IMG/VR virus record: IMGVR_UViG_3300023083_000001 | Coordinates: 194,358 to 258,357 of that record | Length of the DNA: 64,000 bases | Direction: 5' to 3' (one strand) | Shown: one piece after another, positions 52,110-61,358 of the stretch | Layout: each line of letters opens with the position of its first letter | Numbering within the stretch: position 1 is the stretch's first letter | The notes under the pieces: model-generated | Told to the model about the DNA's origin: nothing | What the model saw: the letters and a program-made list of their open reading frames with translations, nothing else | The model's database searches: none | Translations under genes and position numbers: made by a program

Positions 52110-53276
52110 ATGGACAATGAATTACTGGATCAGGATCCGTTCCACGATCTAATACAAGCTGACAGTACCTTGAGTGCAAGCTTCGAGAATCTTCAGCGTG
52201 TGATGGACTCCTACACCGCGCTGGAAAGCTTCATGCAAGCAGGTGAATCTCTGCCCTCATTCGAGTCTGTATCGCGCCCAATGATCGCAGCTATCCTGGG
52301 TGGTACCGATTACGATGTAGACGATCTCGACGTCAGCGTCGAGTCAGTACGCGGGATGGTAGGTTCAGCTGTTAAAGCAATCCTTGCAGCCTTGCAGAAC
52401 TTCTTCAAGTCCCTGTTCTCTTTTCTGAGCAGTATGGACTTGGCGGCTTCCTGGCTGATGCGCAAAGTTGTTCTCCTGGAACGGCAGGTGGCGTCGAGCC
52501 GTGGTAAAGTGGCTCAGCAAGAACGCGTAACTCTGGGGCGTCAGTACAAGTACTTGCGTGTGGGTAAAGTCTTTGCTGAAGATTCCCTGCGTCTTGAAAC
52601 TGAACTGAAGAACCTGCTCGGTGTGATCAATGTGATTAACACTGAATATTTGAACTCCGTTCTTAAGGTTGCTGAACGTCTGCCTGCTGCTGTACGTGGC
52701 AAGACTTCAGATGCCTTAGTCACCGAGTTGGTAGGTTTGATCCGTGGTGTCCCTTTCGATGGACTGGCTTCGAAGATGGGGATGTCCGATGTTCCCTACG
52801 AACGCTTCAGTCGTAAGAACGTGCAAGCCACCAGTCCATTGCTGGGCGGGAAAAGCTTGTTCTACCTTAAGTCTGATTTGGATGCTAAAGGTGTGCGAGG
52901 TTTCAGGTTCCATGGTTTCAGTTATGACACCACGGGACGGGACGTAGGTCGTGTAGAAGCAACGCATGACTTCAACACCCTGTCACCTGCACAGATCGGC
53001 AACATCCCAACGGTGGTGCGTGAGATCCTACAACAGATCTCCAAAGGTGCTAACGCCAGTACCCGCAGCCAGATCACGCGTACACAACGCACGTTGGATA
53101 ACTTCGTCAAGGCTCAAGAGTCTTCGGCAGGTGGTGATGTGGACGCTATCCGTAAAACTGTATCAACTCTCACTTATTGGATGTCTTCTCCATCCAGAGC
53201 CCTTTTCATTGACTCGATGTCGGTCTGTCGAGCAGTGGTTCTTTATTGCAACGCGTCCATTCGAACCTACAGGTGA
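52110..53276 (+). CDS. Internal head protein paralog
   Basis: 388 aa; SFE/ALE/SVE sites, then amphipathic LQNFFKSLFSFL. Confidence 0.78.
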   Translation: MDNELLDQDPFHDLIQADSTLSASFENLQRVMDSYTALESFMQAGESLPSFESVSRPMIAAILGGTDYDVDDLDVSVESVRGMVGSAVKAILAALQNFFKSLFSFLSSMDLAASWLMRKVVLLERQVASSRGKVAQQERVTLGRQYKYLRVGKVFAEDSLRLETELKNLLGVINVINTEYLNSVLKVAERLPAAVRGKTSDALVTELVGLIRGVPFDGLASKMGMSDVPYERFSRKNVQATSPLLGGKSLFYLKSDLDAKGVRGFRFHGFSYDTTGRDVGRVEATHDFNTLSPAQIGNIPTVVREILQQISKGANASTRSQITRTQRTLDNFVKAQESSAGGDVDAIRKTVSTLTYWMSSPSRALFIDSMSVCRAVVLYCNASIRTYR

Positions 53277-53279
53277 ATC

Positions 53280-54575
53280 ATGTCTCAATTTAAACAACAG
53301 TACCAAGAAGCACTCAAAGGCGGAGCAAGCCTGGAGTCCGCTGAGATTGCCGGTATGGCTGCAATGCCTGTCGACAGTAGCGAGTGGACTCAGGACGACG
53401 TTGAAGACATGCTGGAAGATCGTGACAGCGTTATTGTATCTGATGATGCCGTCACCGACCTGGCTGCCGATGGTAAGTTCCTGGCCGCATCGTCTGCCGT
53501 CACCAACGTGGTAGGTCAGGCTGCAACGGCTGCTGAAACCATGCCACCTGCTGTAGCCGAAGCGTTTGTCGATCAAGCCAACTGTGTGATCAACGATGCG
53601 TCGAAAGTGATTGGTTCGCCGATCCCTAACCTCAAGTGTGACGAAGATGGTTTCGTCAACAACGCGTCGATGGAAGGTCTGTCCGATTGGTTCGGTACTG
53701 CTGCCCGTGCATTCAAAGCTTCCACCGGTCAGTTCTTTGGCCGCATCGCTTTGACGTTCACTCGTCTGAACGAAAGCTCCAAGGGTTTGCTCAACCGCTG
53801 CTCACGCATCCGTAGCAAAATCAAGTCCCGTAAGGGTGCAGGCGGTAAGGCGCTGAAGATCAGCTCCAGCGATCTGCGTTACCTGATCCTGGGTGATGGC
53901 TACGTCAACAACCCGATCGCAGCGTTGAATGAGTTCAGTGCGCTGAGTCTTTCGGTCAGTCAAGTCGTCGAGCAGTATTTTGACCGTGTGGACAAGATCC
54001 TCAAGGCCAAGATCTTCGATGCGTTGGCTAATGCCTCGGGTAACCGTTCGGTGTTCACCAATATCGAGACGTCTGACCTGCTCAAGCAACTGACTGACAT
54101 TATCAGCAAACAACCAGCACTGAGCCTGGGTAATGTGAAGTATGCAGTCAGTAAGATCGACTCGTCCAAAATCATCGGCGTGACCTTGCAAGACCAAACC
54201 CCACTGGCCGAACAGCTGGTCAAGCATCTGGACCCTATCCAGTCGCTGACCAATGAAGAAGTCATGGAATGGGTCAAAGGTCTGGAAGACTTGATCAACG
54301 CTCAAATGACGCGTCTGGAGAAGATCACCGACCGCACCAGCCGTTCGTTCGACAATGTACGCTCCACGCTCGAGAAGCTGAACTACACCGGCGGTGACAA
54401 AGATGAGCCGCTGCTGGCTGACGATGTCGACGTCATCGAACTGTTGCGTTTGGAAAATCAGATGGTCAGCGAAGTCGGCGCTATCTGCGAACGTCTTGCC
54501 AGCTACCAGCAAGACCTGGTCAACCGTCTCGACTCGGCGTTGGTCGTTGTAGAAGAATCCCTCTTCCAGGACTGA
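53280..54575 (+). CDS. Internal head protein paralog
   Basis: 431 aa; SLE and SME sites, then GLSDWFGTAARAF. Confidence 0.78.
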   Translation: MSQFKQQYQEALKGGASLESAEIAGMAAMPVDSSEWTQDDVEDMLEDRDSVIVSDDAVTDLAADGKFLAASSAVTNVVGQAATAAETMPPAVAEAFVDQANCVINDASKVIGSPIPNLKCDEDGFVNNASMEGLSDWFGTAARAFKASTGQFFGRIALTFTRLNESSKGLLNRCSRIRSKIKSRKGAGGKALKISSSDLRYLILGDGYVNNPIAALNEFSALSLSVSQVVEQYFDRVDKILKAKIFDALANASGNRSVFTNIETSDLLKQLTDIISKQPALSLGNVKYAVSKIDSSKIIGVTLQDQTPLAEQLVKHLDPIQSLTNEEVMEWVKGLEDLINAQMTRLEKITDRTSRSFDNVRSTLEKLNYTGGDKDEPLLADDVDVIELLRLENQMVSEVGAICERLASYQQDLVNRLDSALVVVEESLFQD

Positions 54576-54580
54576 TCAGA

Positions 54581-54623
54581 CATAAGGCCTGCACGCAGAG
54601 GGTACTGCCCTCTGCGTGTTATG
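54581..54623. terminator. Hairpin with CATAA/TTATG flanks
   Basis: cacgcagaggg-tactg-ccctctgcgtg. Confidence 0.72.
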
Positions 54624-54652
54624 CCGCCACCTGACAATAGGTAGATCATCCA

Positions 54653-56407
54653 ATGCCGCGAATTACAGTCAAACTCGCGTCCAGTTACGAGAACATCTCA
54701 AGACCTGTGTGTATGGGTCTGGCTCGGGATGTAATGGTGCTGTGCGACATCGACGAGAAGACACCTGTGTTCATGCCAGGTGAGTTTGAACAAGTCAATC
54801 AACCCAACACTGAAATGGGTGGATCGGGCGAAGCTATCTTTGAAAGCTTTGAACGCATCATCGTGGTAGCCGAAGACAACATGCGTCAAGAGTCTGTTCT
54901 GAATCAGGTTGTACGTCAGAACGAACTCCCACCCATGTTGGAAGATAACCGACTGGGGATCAGTGTACGTCCCGTCTACATGCAGTCGGACATCACGTTG
55001 TCGTTCCGCTACATCTGTAGTACACGTCAGCAGGCTATCAAGTGGCGCGATGAGTTCGCTGCAAGGCGGGCTGAGAACCGTACCAGCGTCTCCCATGAGA
55101 TCAGCTACAAGATCCCAGTGCAGGATGGCGTCATTGGTCTATTGGCACATTTGCATCATCTGCGTGAAAAGACGGCAGGGTATGGTGAAACGTTCAACGA
55201 GTATTTTAGAAGTATCCAGAAGCGTGAGTTCATTGGACTGGGTACTCAGGATGGGGACATTGATAAACTCCTCATCGCTGTTCCTGAGAAACAAGTGGAA
55301 GTCACAGGGTGGTTTGATTTCAACGAGATCCCCAAGGAAACCAAGATCAGTGGTAACTCAACGTGGGAGATTCAATTCACCTACCGTCTGATGTACCACC
55401 GTGCCACTCACTTGTACATTTCCTATCCGTTGATGGTTCACCAGAGTCATATCTCGAAAACCTACTTCTCATCTCGTCCTCGGTATTGCATTGAGGAGTT
55501 GAACAAGAACGGGGCCATTGGGATCAAGGCACTGGATGCAATCGATGGTCAGTACAACCACTTCCCGGCACCAGCGGACGGGATGCGGATTCCAGCTTAC
55601 GATGAGTGGATTCCACAACCTCGTTCACAACCGCCCATGAGCGTCTCAGCAATCTCGTGGATGATTCAGCTCAATCCTAAAGATTCTCAGGATATCTTGA
55701 ACCTGACCCAGCTTCCAGACATGCGTCTGACTCTGGAGATGGACACGTACCTGAAGGTCATCTACAAGACGCTGCACAAACGTGGTGGTGGGTTGTGCTT
55801 CCTGACGCTGTACGCCAACGACATGCCGCTCGATGAAGCATTCCTCACGGTGGACAAGGATCTGAACGTACGGGCGACTGTACCTTTGGATTTACGTAAA
55901 CAATACCACCTGCGTCTGAACTTTCCAACAGCTTACATGCTGTTCAATAAAGCGACGATCAGGTTGATGCAAACACACAACAAAGCAACGTTGCAAACAT
56001 TTCAATCCATCCTACCTTCACTTGATGTCGAATACGCATTGTCTCTTCTGATCGGTGGGTTGTATCTACCGGAAGCTTATATCGCCTGGTTCTACAAATA
56101 CCTGGAAGATCACGGGACAGGTTTTGCACCGGGTACAGGTGGTATTGGCGAACATGTCAATACAGGTTCTGGTGAAGGTGGTGGGTTACCTCAAGGTGGT
56201 GGTGTAAGTGGTATCGGTGGACCAGGTAGTGGGAACAACAGCGGTGGGAACGGTAATGGTCCGACAGGTCCTGGCAACGGTGGTCAGAGTGGCGGGGATG
56301 GTAGCGCTCCTACACCTGCTGAGTGGACAAAGCCCGTTTGGCAGCGACGTGGTACCAATGGTAACCATTGGGTCCAATGGCTGATCATTGCGACAGCCAA
56401 TCGTTAA
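54653..56407 (+). CDS. Virion neck/tail-terminator-like protein with Gly-rich insertion
   Basis: 584 aa in the structural cluster; G/N/S/P-rich segment near the C-terminus; fold assignment tentative. Confidence 0.55.
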   Translation: MPRITVKLASSYENISRPVCMGLARDVMVLCDIDEKTPVFMPGEFEQVNQPNTEMGGSGEAIFESFERIIVVAEDNMRQESVLNQVVRQNELPPMLEDNRLGISVRPVYMQSDITLSFRYICSTRQQAIKWRDEFAARRAENRTSVSHEISYKIPVQDGVIGLLAHLHHLREKTAGYGETFNEYFRSIQKREFIGLGTQDGDIDKLLIAVPEKQVEVTGWFDFNEIPKETKISGNSTWEIQFTYRLMYHRATHLYISYPLMVHQSHISKTYFSSRPRYCIEELNKNGAIGIKALDAIDGQYNHFPAPADGMRIPAYDEWIPQPRSQPPMSVSAISWMIQLNPKDSQDILNLTQLPDMRLTLEMDTYLKVIYKTLHKRGGGLCFLTLYANDMPLDEAFLTVDKDLNVRATVPLDLRKQYHLRLNFPTAYMLFNKATIRLMQTHNKATLQTFQSILPSLDVEYALSLLIGGLYLPEAYIAWFYKYLEDHGTGFAPGTGGIGEHVNTGSGEGGGLPQGGGVSGIGGPGSGNNSGGNGNGPTGPGNGGQSGGDGSAPTPAEWTKPVWQRRGTNGNHWVQWLIIATANR

Positions 56408-56410
56408 CGG

Positions 56411-56441
56411 CATACGGCGGGGAGTGATCCCCGCCTTTAAT
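56411..56441 (+). terminator. Hairpin terminator
   Basis: CATA, then ggcgggga-GTGA-tccccgcc, then tttaatttt. Confidence 0.7.
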
Positions 56442-56457
56442 TTTGAGAGGTCTCGTT

Positions 56458-57813
56458 ATGCCAGTGGTAACCGAACCAGAAGACGAAAAGAAGTTTCTTG
56501 AACCCAACCTCATCATTGCTCCTGAAGATTACCAAACGCCAGTAGTCGATACACGCAAAGTTGATTACGACGGACTGTCGACTTACATCGGCGGGATGAA
56601 GTGGGCAAACGACTATTACTCGCAGATCCAAGGACGTGACAGCGCTGCGGCATCCTTTCAAGATGACCTCCCCGCACCGTTTGGTCAGTATCGTGAGATC
56701 CGTGGTTTCGAGATTGTCGTTACCTCAGAACTCAGCGGTGGTCAGAACTCAGAAGACGCCCGTGGCTTTACCAAGGTCGGCGCTGGCTTGGTGTACAGCA
56801 TCATCACTCCACAAGTGGGTGACGTGTTCATCGCTGACGTAGGTAATGGCAAGAACGCGGCATTGCAGATCACCAGCAGCACACGTCAGAGTATCTTTCC
56901 AGAATCACCATCGGTGGTTGAATACCGCATCACACGTTTTGTCGACGAGAAATTCCTCAAAGCGTTGAAGGGCCGCGTCCAGCAGACGTTCTACTTCATC
57001 AAACAAAACTTTCGCAATGGCGTTAAGTGTCTGTTGACCGAAGAAGAAGTCAACATCACTCAGGATCTGGGGGAGTCGTATTTCCGCTTGATGAACCTGT
57101 ATCTGCATGACTTCTTCTCGGAACGTTACCACACGTTGTTAGTACCGGGACAGAATACAGCAACCTACGATCCGGCAGCTGTCAGGTTTGTTCGCAGTAT
57201 CTTGGCGTCTGGCGATCATCGGCTGGTGATGCAGATTACCGAACTGGGTGTGTCGCACGATGTATTTTCTAAAGAATTTACCTTATTCGATGCAATCAAA
57301 AACCGTGATGCCAACTTGCTGTACAGTTGCTCCAAGAAGATGGCGTTGAGTTCAGTGGCTGCGTATCGCACGTATCCCTGGATGGCAAGCATCTACTACA
57401 GCGGTATCAAACAGATCGTCAGTCCTGTCGATGTCGGGTTCAGCGTCAACCACGAGAACCACATTCCTCACGCCTCCATCGGTTTCGAGAAAGCGCAAGT
57501 GGGACATCGTGATATCGATTCTATCCTGCCTCAGCTGGGATTGGTCGAAGAAGAAGATCGTCCAGAATACGGTCGTTACATCCACCGCATCACCAAGGAC
57601 GATTACTACGTCTTCAGCGAAGCGTTCTACAAAGACACCGAAGGGAAGTCCATGCTCGAAACCATGGTCCTCGAACGTCTGCGTGGTCGGGCGATCAACT
57701 TGGGTGATCTGGCTGAGATGGCTAATTACGCGGTGAAGTTCGATAACCTGGAACGGTACTACTACATTCCAATTATCCTCACCCTCATCAAACTGGCTTC
57801 AGGAGTTCTGTAA
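56458..57813 (+). CDS. Virion protein, possibly T4 gp14-like neck/head-closure protein
   Basis: PQVGDVFIADVG...LQIT resembles the P..GD.I..P....F.I pattern; GAGAGG SD. Confidence 0.55.
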   Translation: MPVVTEPEDEKKFLEPNLIIAPEDYQTPVVDTRKVDYDGLSTYIGGMKWANDYYSQIQGRDSAAASFQDDLPAPFGQYREIRGFEIVVTSELSGGQNSEDARGFTKVGAGLVYSIITPQVGDVFIADVGNGKNAALQITSSTRQSIFPESPSVVEYRITRFVDEKFLKALKGRVQQTFYFIKQNFRNGVKCLLTEEEVNITQDLGESYFRLMNLYLHDFFSERYHTLLVPGQNTATYDPAAVRFVRSILASGDHRLVMQITELGVSHDVFSKEFTLFDAIKNRDANLLYSCSKKMALSSVAAYRTYPWMASIYYSGIKQIVSPVDVGFSVNHENHIPHASIGFEKAQVGHRDIDSILPQLGLVEEEDRPEYGRYIHRITKDDYYVFSEAFYKDTEGKSMLETMVLERLRGRAINLGDLAEMANYAVKFDNLERYYYIPIILTLIKLASGVL

Positions 57814-57814
57814 C

Positions 57815-58426
57815 GTGCAAACTACCTCGTTGACCCAATCCGGTTACCGTCTCAAACCCAAAGATAATAAGCGGCGGTCAACGGCGTACTACATCTTCGA
57901 TCCCGAAGCGACACACATCTTCGAGATTGATCATGCACACTTCGTTGCGCTGAACAAACGCTTCAACGTCCCTATCGTCACTACCGGTGTCGCGGGTGAC
58001 ATGGAACGTATCGCTGCTGAGATGGTCAGTACCAGCGGGACAATCTGGAAGATGGTGGAGCTGTTCGTTGATGGCGCTACCCTATCTATCCCAGATACAG
58101 CGACCGCCGCTGTGATCTATAGGCGTATCCTGGATCACTTCGACCATCACTTCACATTGATGAAGACGGACAAGATGTACCACGCCCCACCTGCTGAAGA
58201 CTTCCGGGCGATGGGTGAATTCGCCACCGCTATCCGTCCGTGGGCCTTGCAAAGTAATCCTGAGATCGAACAGGTCCAGGGCCACAAGATGCAAAAGTTC
58301 CTTCCGATCCGAGCGACGTTCAGTCAAGCGACTGTGGCGATGGTCAAGAAGGAAGATGTCATTCCGAAGAGTGTCAAGCTGATGGACAACATCGAGCGGT
58401 ATCTGGAGATGCAAAATGGCGGTTGA
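57815..58426 (+). CDS. Conserved hypothetical protein
   Basis: 203 aa; GTG start after AGGAG; coupled to the next gene. Confidence 0.75.
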   Translation: MQTTSLTQSGYRLKPKDNKRRSTAYYIFDPEATHIFEIDHAHFVALNKRFNVPIVTTGVAGDMERIAAEMVSTSGTIWKMVELFVDGATLSIPDTATAAVIYRRILDHFDHHFTLMKTDKMYHAPPAEDFRAMGEFATAIRPWALQSNPEIEQVQGHKMQKFLPIRATFSQATVAMVKKEDVIPKSVKLMDNIERYLEMQNGG

Positions 58427-59831
58427 ACTCGAAACGTCGGCCATCTTCGAAACAGCGAAGAAAATCGGCAACTCACCCGGTAGTCCGTACTTCATCTTGA
58501 CGGTAGAAATCAAAGCGGGCGGAAAGGACATTGTCCCGTTGCAGATCCTGCGCCACGACATCGGACGGCGTTACGTGGACTCCTACCAGGATAACACCTC
58601 ACTGGTGGTGTCCATGGGGATGGGTACGTTGATGAACGAGATCAGTCCCTTCCAGGACGATCTTAAGCTCACATTAAACATCTCCCAGTGCGATGAGTAC
58701 GCTGCGCAGCTGACAAACCTCCCTGTGTTCTCCAGGACGTTTAAAGCGTATCTGGGTGATGACATCCCTCGTGCTTCTGAAGCGGGTAACAGCCCGGTCA
58801 TGGAAGACACCGAGACGGCTAACCGTAGCACCATCCTGCATGTCCGGTTTATCCTGGAAGAAGTAGCAGTGGAGCAACTGCGCAAGTTCCCAGTGGGGAT
58901 TAACGCACGGGGCGTTCCACCGTTCATGGTCATGCAGACGTTGTTGGTCAAAGCGTGTCAGGCGTTGAAGTTGGGTAAGGATGAAGTGATCACAAACTTC
59001 GACCTGGTAGAACCTAACAACACCGCAGGACGCGATCACGTGATCATCAAGGATGGGACTTGTATCCTGGATGTACCTGACATTATCCAGAACACTCAAG
59101 GCGGGATCTATTCCACCGGCTTAGGTTTCTATATCCAGGGTCGGTGTGTTTACACCTGGCCGATGTATGACGTGTACCGTCAAGATACCGCCAAGCGAGT
59201 GTTGCAGATTGTTTTGGCACCTTCTAAGTATTCGAGGATGTTGGACCGTACGTGGATGGATCAGGGTCGAATGATCACGATCTACTCTGCGGGTGTCTCC
59301 AAGGTCATTGACGACTCGTTGGGTAAACTCAACACCGAAGGTAACGGCGTACGCTTTGCAGCCGCTGGTAAGTTGTTGGAAGGCTTTGCGACGGTGGCTG
59401 GTAACAAGGCAACGGTATCACGTAGTGCCAACAACAATGAGTACACCACGGCGATTGTAGGTAATGGTCAAAACCTGGCGCCAGTGTCCGGTCAAAAGGT
59501 GAGTTCCAATATCTACCTTGAAACCAGCAAGTTGGCCAAGCGTAATGGCGCAATCATGATTGTACCGTGGCGGCGGAGTAATCCTGAGTTGCTGACACCT
59601 GGAATGGCCGTAGAGATTCTCTACGACTACAAAGGCGTCATCAGGACGATTGAAGGTTCCTTCCTGGAAAGCATGAACAGTTACGAGCTGGACGGTGAAG
59701 GGATGAACGTGGATCGGTGGACAGCCAACACATCGCTTCGAATCTTCATTGATCGAAACGATCCTGACTACATCGACTTCTTGAAAGACGGCGGCCAGTT
59801 GTCCGCCTCGCCTGATATCGGATCTATCTGA
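58416..59831 (+). CDS. Virion protein, possibly baseplate hub (T4 gp27-like; gp101-like)
   Basis: 471 aa; DIIQNTQGGIYSTGLGFY and PGMAVEILY segments; tentative. Confidence 0.55.
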   Translation: MAVELETSAIFETAKKIGNSPGSPYFILTVEIKAGGKDIVPLQILRHDIGRRYVDSYQDNTSLVVSMGMGTLMNEISPFQDDLKLTLNISQCDEYAAQLTNLPVFSRTFKAYLGDDIPRASEAGNSPVMEDTETANRSTILHVRFILEEVAVEQLRKFPVGINARGVPPFMVMQTLLVKACQALKLGKDEVITNFDLVEPNNTAGRDHVIIKDGTCILDVPDIIQNTQGGIYSTGLGFYIQGRCVYTWPMYDVYRQDTAKRVLQIVLAPSKYSRMLDRTWMDQGRMITIYSAGVSKVIDDSLGKLNTEGNGVRFAAAGKLLEGFATVAGNKATVSRSANNNEYTTAIVGNGQNLAPVSGQKVSSNIYLETSKLAKRNGAIMIVPWRRSNPELLTPGMAVEILYDYKGVIRTIEGSFLESMNSYELDGEGMNVDRWTANTSLRIFIDRNDPDYIDFLKDGGQLSASPDIGSI

Positions 59832-59846
59832 AGATTTATTGAGTGC

Positions 59847-59862
59847 TACATTACTCTCTTGA
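59847..59862 (+). promoter_or_regulatory. Putative early promoter
   Basis: TACATTAC-tctc-TTGA; matches 7570-7585 at 12 positions. Confidence 0.55.
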
Positions 59863-59871
59863 CTAGACAGG

Positions 59872-59890
59872 CTGGAGGACACCCCTCCAG
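59872..59890. terminator. Intergenic hairpin
   Basis: ctggagg-acacc-cctccag. Confidence 0.5.
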
Positions 59891-59936
59891 TCTACCACCA
59901 GACAGGAATCAGGAATGATTTTAAGGGTAACTAAAT

Positions 59937-60590
59937 ATGAGCAGTACACTCTCTCCCGATGCACCTGTAGTGGAACAGGGTAAGCTTCTCAACATGATCA
60001 TGCATCAGGGCATGGACAAGATGACGCACAAGCAGTTCATCGTCCTGAAAACGTTTGATTATGGTGATTTGCTCGAAGAGATTCGTTCACAAGGCCACAT
60101 CAAGAGCGAGGATGTGTTTGTAAGGCTCTACAACGTGCTTATGGAACGCGAGATCATCGAACCTATCCAATCATGCATCTTGGATATAGGTGTCCATGGT
60201 CGAAGCTCCAAGGCCGTCCAGGAACATTACCGGCATAAGCTCAACAGTAACAGCAGTCTGATGAAAACCCTGATACATGAACTGGAGAAGATCCTGTTCA
60301 CGTTTGATGGACCAGAAGGTGAAATCCATCTTCTTAAATCAGGCGGCGTTGAGACGCTAGGTCATGTGCTTGTGAGTCTGGAAGATGGTACCGGCATTTA
60401 TGCCAGCACGACGTTGGATCTTATCGGCCCAGGTGCGTCGGACTTCCCTGATTTATTTGAGGAGGAAATCAAACAGGCCCTGCACGGATACTTAGTTGAC
60501 AATCATCCAGGCTTGTCGATTAGCATGGACATCAAGATAAGGAGGTCTGAACTAGCGTTAGCTACTGGAGATTTCTTATGCTCGATGTAA
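59937..60590 (+). CDS. Hypothetical protein
   Basis: 217 aa; AAGGG SD. Confidence 0.75.
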   Translation: MSSTLSPDAPVVEQGKLLNMIMHQGMDKMTHKQFIVLKTFDYGDLLEEIRSQGHIKSEDVFVRLYNVLMEREIIEPIQSCILDIGVHGRSSKAVQEHYRHKLNSNSSLMKTLIHELEKILFTFDGPEGEIHLLKSGGVETLGHVLVSLEDGTGIYASTTLDLIGPGASDFPDLFEEEIKQALHGYLVDNHPGLSISMDIKIRRSELALATGDFLCSM

Positions 60591-60859
60591 CTGTCCTTGT
60601 GCAAGACGTCCAAACCGTACTCCAACGCAAAGATCCTCATGCGGCTGTTCTGATTACCTTGCTCGTTAGTGAGCACCTGTCAGAAATCCCAGCCGAAGAC
60701 ATCGTTTCAGAATTCAACAACCACCACATCGACGCAAGAGTTGGTCAGTATCACCTCTTTCTTTCTATTGAGGGATCACGGCTACGCATTCCTTTACGTC
60801 CCTTACTTCAAGGTGACAAACATGAGCTACCGATTAAAAAGCATCACAAAACCCGCTGA
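60578..60859 (+). CDS. Small hypothetical protein
   Basis: 93 aa; GGAG SD; overlaps both neighbours. Confidence 0.65.
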   Translation: MLDVTVLVQDVQTVLQRKDPHAAVLITLLVSEHLSEIPAEDIVSEFNNHHIDARVGQYHLFLSIEGSRLRIPLRPLLQGDKHELPIKKHHKTR

Positions 60860-61301
60860 ACGTCAATCCATTCTAACCACCCTCGCCATTGCTGCGATGA
60901 TCCACCAAACCAATGAGGCTGTACAAGAAACTGCAAAACACCTGATGCGTGATGCATCGATATCGTTGGTCAAGTCTCTGCTCAAACCTCTGTCTGAAAG
61001 TCACAATGCCCTAGACATTGTGATCGATGAAGTGGTCTATCCGATTGAAGAGAAGATCCTCGGTCGGGTAACGCTGGATAACTACACCTACGACATCGTC
61101 ATTACGTGGCGAGGCATTCTGGATTACACCACTGATCAGATTGCATTACTCACCGCTGGCAGGTTTATTCAGCGAGGTCTGATAGTGGGCCGGATCTACA
61201 TGACAATGATTCACCCTGTGTATCGTCATGAGTATTCGACCAGTTTGGATCTGGCTGAAGTATCACGGTTCTCGCGTGCGGATATTGAGCATGCGGCATA
61301 G
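60822..61301 (+). CDS. Hypothetical protein (MSYRLKSITK...)
   Basis: ATG 60822 after AAGGTG; frame open from 60669. Confidence 0.7.
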   Translation: MSYRLKSITKPAERQSILTTLAIAAMIHQTNEAVQETAKHLMRDASISLVKSLLKPLSESHNALDIVIDEVVYPIEEKILGRVTLDNYTYDIVITWRGILDYTTDQIALLTAGRFIQRGLIVGRIYMTMIHPVYRHEYSTSLDLAEVSRFSRADIEHAA

Positions 61302-61305
61302 ACGA

Positions 61306-61350
61306 CATATAGCCCGGCGTGAGCCGGGCTATATGCTGCTTCTTTTTTTT
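61306..61350. repeat. Palindromic CATA-stem-TATG element / bidirectional terminator
   Basis: catatagcccggc-GTGA-gccgggctatatg followed by cttc and a T8 run; inverted copy of 31952 with one compensatory base-pair change. Confidence 0.88.
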
Positions 61351-61358
61351 GCAGTGAA

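Noticed and set aside
31952-61335. Palindromic repeats as a CRISPR array or transposon ends
   Set aside because: They are dispersed singly at gene junctions, with no regular spacers, cas genes, transposase or target-site duplications.
3392-61350. Other T8 runs (3394, 9808, 14298, 28654, 31989, 61343) as slippage sites
   Set aside because: All are intergenic and follow hairpins, so they are terminator U-tracts. Only 38124-38131 lies within a coding frame.
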